Shown: piece after piece, positions 54,810 through 64,000 of the stretch
How positions within the stretch are numbered: position 1 is the stretch's first letter
Layout of the letters: every line of letters starts with the position of its first letter
Source: Octopus sinensis
Lineage: Eukaryota
Assembly (NCBI RefSeq): GCF_006345805.1
Contig: NC_043003.1
Location: forward strand, 51,088,001 to 51,152,000
Direction: 5' to 3'
Length of the DNA: 64,000 nucleotides
Notes under the pieces: generated by a model
What the model was told of the DNA's origin: nothing
Seen by the model: only the letters and a program-made list of their open reading frames with translations
Databases searched by the model: none
Position numbers and translations under genes: made by a program

Positions 54810-54918
54810 ATATTTAGCTACGGCGGTACATATTCTAAAATTGGAACGATACACAGTAGATTAGCATGGCCCCTGCGCAAGGATGACACGCAAATTCGTG
54901 AAGCGTTCCATATTTTTT
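54810..54918 (+). pseudogene. RNU6: U6 snRNA retrocopy
   Basis: Matches U6 over essentially its full length (aaaattggaacgatac..gattagcatggcccctgcgcaaggatgacacgcaaattcgtgaagcgttccatatttt). The essential ACAGAGA box reads ACACAGT at 54851-57. Confidence 0.92.
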
Positions 54919-55499
54919 AAACGGCGGTGCATCAGCATGGCCGAAGCTCTAAGCTGAAATTTTTTCGCGAGTGGAGGAGCCTAGTCGATTACATTGACCC
55001 AACTACTAAACAGGTACTTATTTCGTCGCTCCTCCGAAAAGATGAAAAGCAAAGTCGACCTTGGTGATAGTAAAATCCGGAAGAAATGTTACAAATCATT
55101 TTGTCCGACGCGCTAATGTTTATAATAACAACAACAAAAATAATTCTAATAATGATTTCAAATGATGACACAAGGCCAGCAATTCCGACACCAGTGTTCA
55201 ACTGGTACTTATCTTATCGACCACGAGAGGATAAAAGACAAAGTCAATCTCGCCAGAACTTTAGCTCAGAATATAAAAATGGACGACATGTCGCTAAGTA
55301 TTTTGCCCGGTGTGCTAACGATTCTGCAAGGTTTCCACCTTAACAGTAATAATAACCCTTTCGGGCACAAGGTCTGACATTTTGTGGGAGAGGATTGGTC
55401 GATTACATCGACTCCAGTGTTTCACTGGTACTTAATTTATTGACCCCGAAAGGATGAAAGACAAAGGTGACTTCGGCAGAATTTGAAATCAGAACGTAA

Positions 55500-56700
55500 G
55501 CCTAATGCAAATACTAACAACTCCAACAACCTTGTAAATTATTATAACAGTACACCTCCTAATAACCACTTCTCCAGAAATAGTAATCCAGTAGCAAATA
55601 ACTCTCCCCAAATAACTCTTCCCCTCAATAACATTTATAACTTGTGTGATTTCAGAAATATAAATAACTGTGTACTTAAAAACACATGTAAAAGAAAAAG
55701 TGTAATCCACCAATGTACAGTAACAACACAATATAACAAATATATCTGTATAGGTGCCACCCAAAATGAAATGAAGGAACGCTTATCCACACATACACTT
55801 CTAACAATTGAATAGCTTAATATAATACATAAATAACACTGGTCAAATTTTCTTTATTGCTTGAGAAATACATACGTAAGCTTAGATATTAGGATTTACC
55901 GGGAGATAACTCCTGAACATTTTAGTAGTATTCTGACTTCCTTGGCGAATTATATTTTTTATCGTATATGCCGAGATAGCGATGAAAAAAATTGTCACGT
56001 TGTACAAGATTTTACGTTTTTTGGAGGTTTGCGAAATTAGATTTGTTTAGCAATTAAATAATTCTGATGCACCATTTGCAAGAAAAATTATACGAAAGCT
56101 ACTTTTCAATATATTGTGGAGATAATTAATAATCCCATAAGAAATACATATTCAATCAAGAAGTTATGTTATTCGATGGATCTTCTATTAAGACCTGGTG
56201 ACATCAGAGCATAAGTCTACCTCTTCTTCTACTCTTGTTCTAAAGTTCTACAGCGCTTTCTTATACTCATTATGCCGTTTAATCTGTACGGTTTATCTAC
56301 CGCTCAGTTAACAACTCGATCCGCTGCTCAATATACGGTTAAATTTCCGTTTAATCCATTATTTAATCTAGGCCCAATTCACTCCTCGATCTAATATGCA
56401 TTCTTCTACTTACTCTGCATCCAAACCTGCCAATCGATCGATCTACCGTTTGGTTTATCTTTTAATTTACTAACTCTGAGAAGCGTATAAGATTTACAGA
56501 TCTCATTTAATTTCCTTTGGAAACCTCAAGTTTTGTATCCCTCTGAAGAGAGCTACAGGAAGTTACTCTAATGTATCCTCTCTCGAGATATAATGCTATC
56601 ATATATAGCAAATGATGTCCGGAACTAGGTATTTCTCCTCATATCGAATTATAGCAGTTTTATTTCACTTTTCAATCAACAGGATTGACCGTAGAGACAA
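55500..56700 (+). mobile_element. Penelope-like retroelement relic (GIY-YIG endonuclease remnant plus decayed hammerhead)
   Basis: ORF 55483-55815 contains C....NNCVLKNTCKRKSVIHQCTVTT..KYICIGATQNEMKERLSTH, resembling the PLE Cys-linker/GIY-YIG. CTGAAGA-gag...ctc-GAGA sits at 56543-56588. Boundaries are approximate. Confidence 0.65.
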
Positions 56701-56847
56701 ACTAAAAAAAAAATAAAAGTAGTTAGTAAAAATAAGCTGATAAAGAATCCTAATGAGTGGCAATATAAAACGGAATAAAAACAACACTAATTTCTATTGT
56801 CACTTCGCACATTGAAGTTTAAACGTTCTCTCCCAATCATTCAGCCG

Positions 56848-57196
56848 TGGTACTCCGTCGGTTACAGCGACGAGGGTTCCAGTTGATCCGATCAGCGGAA
56901 CAGCCTGCTCATGAAATTAACGTGCAAGTGGCTGAGTACTCCACAGACAGTTGTTCCTTTAACTTAGTTCTTGGGGAGATTCAGCGTGACACAGTGTATG
57001 ACAAGACTGACCCTTTGAAATACAGAAAGAAAGAGAGAACGAGTACAGCAATGTTCACCACCACCCCCTGTCGGAGCCTCGTGGAGCTTTAGGTGCTTTC
57101 GCTCAATAAACATTCGCAACGCCCGGTGTGGGAATCGAAACCACGATCCCACGACCGCGAATCCGCTGCCCTAACCACTGGGCCATGCGCCTCCAC
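56848..57196 (-). mobile_element. Third-family SINE, tail type D
   Basis: Same head. The tail gcaggctgttcc..gatcggatcaactggaacc also occurs at about 36590-36760 behind a related head. Confidence 0.75.
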
Positions 57197-59019
57197 AATC
57201 ATTCAGTATAGCAATGATTGTGGATATGGATATGTAATTATTGCAGTAACTTAATCCCAGCTGTAATACATAACTAATTGTTTCTGCAATGTGTTATATC
57301 GACTTCTACTCAACACCGCGAGGATATAGGACACGATAATAGAGTGAAAAAAATGGACGTTAGTTTCTGATACTATTTATGAGCGGAGAAGGCTGTCAGT
57401 GAAATATATTAAGTACAATGTCAACTCATAAGAAACTCATTTCCATTAATCAAAATATCCATTCTATTTGCATATTGTAATGCATAACTGCCCGAACACA
57501 GGAAGTAACAATGAGAGGTAATCATGGGTCAAATAAATCCCATAGAAACCAGCATAGCTGCTATTCTTCATGTCGAGTGATGGACGAATGATCGAAGATT
57601 CGAGTCCAGCTATCAGTGATGTGCTGACTTTCTTGGGAAAAACCCTTTACTCTCCATTTTTCAGTTCATCGAATTGTGTGTGCGTGCGTGTGCGTGTGCG
57701 TGCGTGTGCGTGTGCGTGCGTGTGCGTGTGCGTGCGTGTGCGTGCGTGTGCGTGTGCGTGCGTGTGCGTGTGCGTGCGTGTGCGTGTGCGTGCGTGTGCG
57801 TGTGCGTGCGTGTGCGTGCGTGTGCGTGCGCGCGCGCGCACTGGTTTTTGGAATTGCTACAATTTTCTACTGTTATGCACTACACCGTAGTGCATAAGTG
57901 ATTTCAAATTCTGGCACAAGGCCAGCAATTCTATTTGAAGTTGCGATGTATTTTTGTATGATGATAACAAAAATTACACTCATTTTCCTAGAAATTAATA
58001 ACAAAGAAGTTACAAATTATGTCATGTTAGCCACTCGAAAACCTACAGATATATCGTGTCTGTTGGCCTCCATTGGAAATCGGCACACACGAAACCTTTA
58101 CGTGGTCTCTCGACCTGCCAGAAATAGCAGCCAAATCTTCCTTAAACTACACCACAACGTTTAAAAAGGCAAAACAGATGAAACATTGTGCCACAACACC
58201 GTTTATTCCCTCGCATGGAGCAAAACCAGGTGTTAGTAACATTTAAATTAAAGTTAAACCAGTATTGGTTTATTTACATCCCTGTAACTTAGCTGTTTGA
58301 CATTCGAGACCTATAGAATAAGTGCTATACTTTAAAAAATAAAATAAGTACAGCAGTCGGTTCTTTGCGTCCTGAGTTCAAATTACACCTCCAATATCTG
58401 GTTTCCTTGTGACAGGAAACGAAGCCTTCAGGATACGACAAATGAGAGCAGGCCTTCAATTTCAGACGGCGAGACACATCGATTGGAACAACGTTTCGGT
58501 CGCATCAATATGCCAGTTGGTCCTAATAAAGCAGAGCTATGGTCAAAGCAATCTGGCTATGATCACCCCACCTTTTCAGATATAGTTTCTCTTTTATTTT
58601 GTTTTTTATTTGTTAGTTTTTTTTTTGTTTTTTTTTGTATTTTGTTTTTTTTTGGGGGGGGGGATAATACAGTACGATATGATTTGAAATAGATTTGGCT
58701 GCTATTTGCAGTACGTTAATCGACCCCATTGAGACTCCTTTTTTGACTCGAGATCCCTCATTAGTTCATAGATTGGGGAGTAAATGGAAATAGTAAAAAC
58801 GCAAGATATGAGGGTCTGTTTAAAAATATTTATTTTGTTCCATCTGCCAGTTTGACTTTATTAAAACACAATACAAGCGTAAGAAACTACAAACGGAAAA
58901 CTAGGGAAAAGAATACATTAGGCTGAAATGTCGTCTTGAACGAAGGACCTAGCAATATGACCACATTTAATAAAAATTATTTGCGATCACCATCATCATC
59001 ATCATCATCATCATCATCA

Positions 59020-59870
59020 TTTTCATTAACATCATCATCATTGATCGATCACAGCGTCCTCTTGAGTTGGACACGATGACGGACTCGTCCTATTCCCTCG
59101 TCAGGGAACTAAATTTATCAAGTTACACCACTATCGTCCTCCAACAGGGTTTTCACCGTGGTTCCGGAAGAACGTTACAGTTCACCCTCCCATGGGTCAG
59201 TTTCAAAAGGATTTTTTTTTTGGCAGATAATTCTGAGAGTCTCGGAAAGTTTATAGTAAGTTACATCCGTCTTCTGGTTGTGGGTTAAAAATGGTGATCA
59301 CCATAAAGATGTTCATTGGTCAACTTCTGTATCCAGCTGATATAAAGAACCATGTGATGTATTGGCGAATACTATCCATCAAGGTTGGACTTAATGAGGG
59401 TCCAACTTTCACACCCACAAAGGAAGATAACAAAGGGATGTGATTGGTAAGGTCTTTATCAACCAGTGCCATCGATTCAAACCTCTTGAAATATTTGATG
59501 TAAAGGTGAAGGCTAACTCCTCGCGATTTCCAGCAGTTTGCCGAAGAGTGTAGCTCAAAAACCATGGCAAAAATGAAGGATAGTCACTTTGTAAGTCACT
59601 TTCGCAGCTCAACCATTTCAATGTCCTTGTACGGTGAGATCGCACATGTTATGGTGTTGGTGAATTTTACCTCGTTGGCTTGAATGATACAAGGCCTGAC
59701 ACGCATTCCTTGAAGATCTTGATCATACTTCTACGATGAATTAAATCAATGTTTTCTTGAAATTGATAAATGTAAGAGAACAGGCAAGTTGTCCTTCTTA
59801 TCTCTTCTATTATTCTCTGAAAAGCCAAGATCAGCACGACTGCTGACAAGTTCTCACAGAAAGCATTTTA
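59020..59870 (-). mobile_element. Decayed RTE-like LINE fragment
   Basis: ILAFQRIIEEIRR...IHRRSMIKI resembles RT domains 2-3; (CAT)n at the 3' end. Confidence 0.55.
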
Positions 59871-60143
59871 GTTATATTTCAGTTTGGGATCAAAAGCTAC
59901 TTTTATCTGGTTGAGGATATCCGAATATAGATCTTTATATGTACATAGAAGGAATTATAGAAAAACCCGTGTAAACCACTGTTTTTTCCGGTTTGTTTAT
60001 TTATGCGGGAACTCTGGGCAAAATGTTATAGTGCATGACCATCATTGAGGTTTACTCGTTTACTCGTTTGGTGAAAATCGGTTGAAAACTGTGGAGATGT
60101 ATGCGTTAGTCAATATATACACACATACTGTGATTTATATATA

Positions 60144-60199
<56 letters not shown>

Positions 60200-60263
60200 T
60201 ATGTATATGTATATATATATATGTATATGTATATATATATATATGCATATATATATATATGCA

Positions 60264-60294
<31 letters not shown>

Positions 60295-60432
60295 GTATAT
60301 GTATATATATATATATATGCATATATATATATGCATATAAAATATTATTAGAGACAAAACCACTATTTTGCAAAACAAACAAGGAAAGACTTAATCAATA
60401 CATAAAATTTTAATAAATAGTCAAAAAAACCG

Positions 60433-60475
60433 CCACTACAAATGTTTCTTGTCTTGATCGACAATCTTCAGGTGG
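60433..60475 (-). ncRNA. Minimal type I hammerhead motif, canonical core
   Basis: ccac-CTGAAGA-ttgtc-gatcaa-gacaa-GAAA-cattt-GTA/gtgg. Stem I is 4 bp, stem II 5 bp, and stem III is the near-palindrome ACATTTGT. Confidence 0.7.
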
Positions 60476-60515
60476 ACTTCCAATCTAAAATATTTACAAG
60501 TCAGTTTCAAATTTA

Positions 60516-60562
<47 letters not shown>

Positions 60563-60942
60563 ATATACATTCGTAAAGGAGCATGGCTTAGTGGTTAGGG
60601 TTTCGATTACCAGATCGGGCGTTGCGTTGTCTTCTTCAGCAAAAGACTTCATTTCACGTTGCTCTGCGACATGTGGCACGTCGTGCATCTGTAGAGATAA
60701 TGTCGATTTGATGGAGAGAGTGAGCTTCTGATGAATACAAACATTTTGGTTTCGATTGCTGGACCGAGCGATGCATTATTTTCTTGAGCAAAACATTTCA
60801 TTTCATATTGCCCCATCTCACTCATCTTGCAAAAATGAATAATCCTACAATGGACCTGCGCCTTAAGTGGGCAAGAAATAAATATATTCGCCATATAATC
60901 GGAAAACCAGCCCTATGAGCCTGTGTCTCGGAAAGGATCTTG

Positions 60943-61268
<326 letters not shown>

Positions 61269-64000
61269 GCGCGTACACACACACGCACACACACATTACC
61301 CACACAGAGGGAAAGACAGGCTGACAAACAGACAAAAAGAAGAAAAAATATAAAATGAAAGATCCAGACTGAAGTACATGTTCCTGCTCACCTACAGTTC
61401 TATTTTTTTTTCTATTTGCATCTCCAGCAACATATCGTAAGAAAACAAACATGAAACGATCTCCTTATCAGTTCAGTTCAGTTTGCTTAAGGCATATAAT
61501 TTCTGTATACAGACTTCATCAATTGAAATAGCACAGTAAGCTAAGGCTACAGCAATAACCAAGGAAATAACACAAAAGACTTACACGAAGCCAAAGATAA
61601 ATATCTCATCTCCGTTAAATCCAATATTGAATGTGCAGCTTTAGCAGCATTTGATGGACCTTCTACGCGGCCTGTCTATATGTTAGAAATAGCAACCAAA
61701 GCCTCACTGAAATCCTGTTCTAATAACGTTTTTTTTTTTTAAATCAAAATGAAGATACTGGCGTAGCTGTGTGGTTAAGAAGCTTGTTTTGCAACCACGT
61801 GATTTCGGATTCTGTGCCACGGTGCGGCACCTTGGGCAATCGTCTTCTACTATAGCTTTGTGAGTAGACGGAGACTGTACGGAAATCAGTCATATTTATA
61901 TACGTGTGTAAGCGTGTGTTTGTCTCACTCACCGCTTTACAAGCGGTTTTGGTTTGTTTATGTCTCTCTAACTTAGCGGTTCGGCAAAAACAACCGATAG
62001 AATAAGTGCTAGACTTAAAAGAAAAACATTAGCTTAAAGATTGATGATTTAAAACCCTTCAATGCGGTTCTCCAGCATAATCGCAGTCAAATGACTGAAA
62101 CAAGTAAAAGATAAAAAGATTGTGTCCAAGACATAGTACATCAGGGTGAGGATGGGGTATATAGCATGGTTGCAGCTAGAATACCTTTGATCATTAGTAC
62201 ATAGTATCGACTCCCAGTAATTGATTAGTCATTTATTTTATTTTATCGACCCCGAAAAAATGAAAAGCGAAGAAGTTGTCATCGGTGGATTTAATCTAAG
62301 AACATGCATGTTAATGCGTGTGTGCATATATGTGTGTACATGTGTTCGCTTGCAATGTTTCCCACGAACGAAACATTTTGCTTAACATACGTGATGAAAG
62401 TGATATCAGTTGTTATAGCTTTAAGCTTGAAATTAATTATTTGTTTCTAATGACGACGAACCTCAAGGAAAAAACTGGGAATTTTACGAACGTAACGGCG
62501 TTGTAAGTAAAGTGAAATGGCTTCACCTGGGGATTTGAAATTGTATCATGGACTGCCGCTCTATTTTCAAATACATTACCCCTTCATATGCAATTTAAAC
62601 ACTATACCTACATCATACCACGCTACTTTATACCACATACCACTGCACTGCAAAAAACTGCGCGCGTACCGCTTTCCACGAGAAAGAGGGTGCCTCTGGG
62701 TAGTCGGTCAACCTTTTAGAAATAGCAACCGAATTCCCTCAAATTACACCCTATTATTATCTTCAAAAAAGAAAGGACACATTAGCCTGTGTAGTTTTGG
62801 ATATCTCTAAAATTACTGGATAGTCAAAGCTGGAATACTGCTTGATCATACGTTTCCTAAATCAAACTAGGGTTAAGCAACAACAACTCCACACTACACT
62901 ACATTGTAAGTTGCCATTGTGCGACTAAAGATCAAACTCACCTCGCTGTATTCCGTATTTGATTAATTATAATTAATTATAATTCATTATAATTTCTGCG
63001 TCGTCTAACTTCCCTTTTAAAACCAGAATCAGTTAAACATCATTCTATTTAAAACCATTACAACATTTTTTCAGGAGACGGACTTTCTCGGGACCCTGTA
63101 CTGGTGTTATAAAATTCAGTTCATAATAAAAGAATGTAACTCGTGTATGATTATATTAAATATGTTTTGCAAACAACTTGCACATGCAAGTGCTACCGAT
63201 CGAAAGCTCCGCATACCGGAAGCCAACAAATGTATGGGATCATCGGGAGAGAATGTGCGCCGTTTTGGGACCTACCTCTCGACGGCATCATTGCACACCG
63301 GTCCCCATTACTGACATGAGGCCCGGCTTGCTAAATCACCTGGTTATCAACTATAGCTCAATATTCTTCTAGCCATCGCTCATCGTCTCATTTTAACCAA
63401 ATCCAGTGGCTAGCCTTTTCCATTGTAGTTTGGATATCGTTCATGGTGGTATTTACTTTACGATGAGTTAAGCCTAATGATAACAACAGTCGCTTCATAC
63501 TGTGTCTAACGAATCATCTGCATCCGACTTCGATTGGAAAATACTCCGCTTTCCAGCCTGTGTCATCACATTCCTCGAGGAGGCCTGATCCTCCTGCTTG
63601 ATCCACACTTTCCTTTCGCTAATCGGTTACCATCCTTCACTCCAAATAATTCCTTTCCTGTATCGTATATTGAGCTTAACTTTCTGTTTCTCCACTGTGG
63701 ATCCTGTCACTTTATAAAGAGCTTGGCATACCTTGTTCTCAAATTCTTTATATCTTCCTTTCTCATTAGCAGCCAGTCACAGAACCCTCGGTTTCCTTCG
63801 AATTCTATCTGATGCACTAGTCTCATGACCTGCAGCTTCCTGTCGGGAAGAGGTCTTTGCTGTAACATTTATCGATCCGCTGTGGCTTGCATCGGGGGAT
63901 TATTTACCACGTGTTTCACGATCACATGATCCACACTGCTCTGTCCTCTTCCTACAAGTCTTACCCTGATGAATCTTCAAGCCGCTCTCGGTTGCAAACG

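Noticed and set aside
54810-54918. Functional U6 gene
   Set aside because: The ACAGAGA box is mutated, the 5' stem-loop is damaged, and the copy is fused to a LINE tail.
62935-63120. Strong minus-strand donor (GAG|GTGAGT) as possible exon 1
   Set aside because: No signal-peptide-like frame was seen upstream. It could be a UTR exon but cannot be supported without transcripts.
63130-64000. GC-richer segment, possibly a decayed non-LTR element
   Set aside because: No diagnostic motif could be read confidently.

Overview
AT-rich, microsatellite- and SINE-dense animal DNA; the repeat families suggest an octopus (inference). The backbone is one large minus-strand gene for a single-pass receptor guanylyl cyclase of the natriuretic-peptide-receptor type. 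I traced 17 GT-AG exons with compatible phases from 50049 down to 2336 (2375 nt, about 790 aa). They cover the extracellular ligand-binding domain, the TM helix, the kinase-homology domain, the dimerisation helix and the start of the cyclase domain. I did not find the 5' signal-peptide exon(s), and the rest of the cyclase presumably lies below position 1. Introns hold tRNA-derived SINEs, LINE fragments (CR1/L2, RTE, R4/Dong, Tx1-like), Tc1/mariner elements, a solo LTR and Penelope-like relics. Best leads: (1) about ten type-I hammerhead-ribozyme motifs, several inside fold-back elements, with the best-preserved ones on the gene's sense strand and a recurrent CCGANGA core variant; (2) a U6 snRNA retrocopy fused to a LINE 3' tail; (3) a tandemly duplicated splice donor that could give a TM-less ectodomain isoform; (4) a candidate 36-nt juxtamembrane microexon; (5) a mariner flanked by a roughly 325-bp TA-to-TA duplication. 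All calls come from manual reading; no searches were run.
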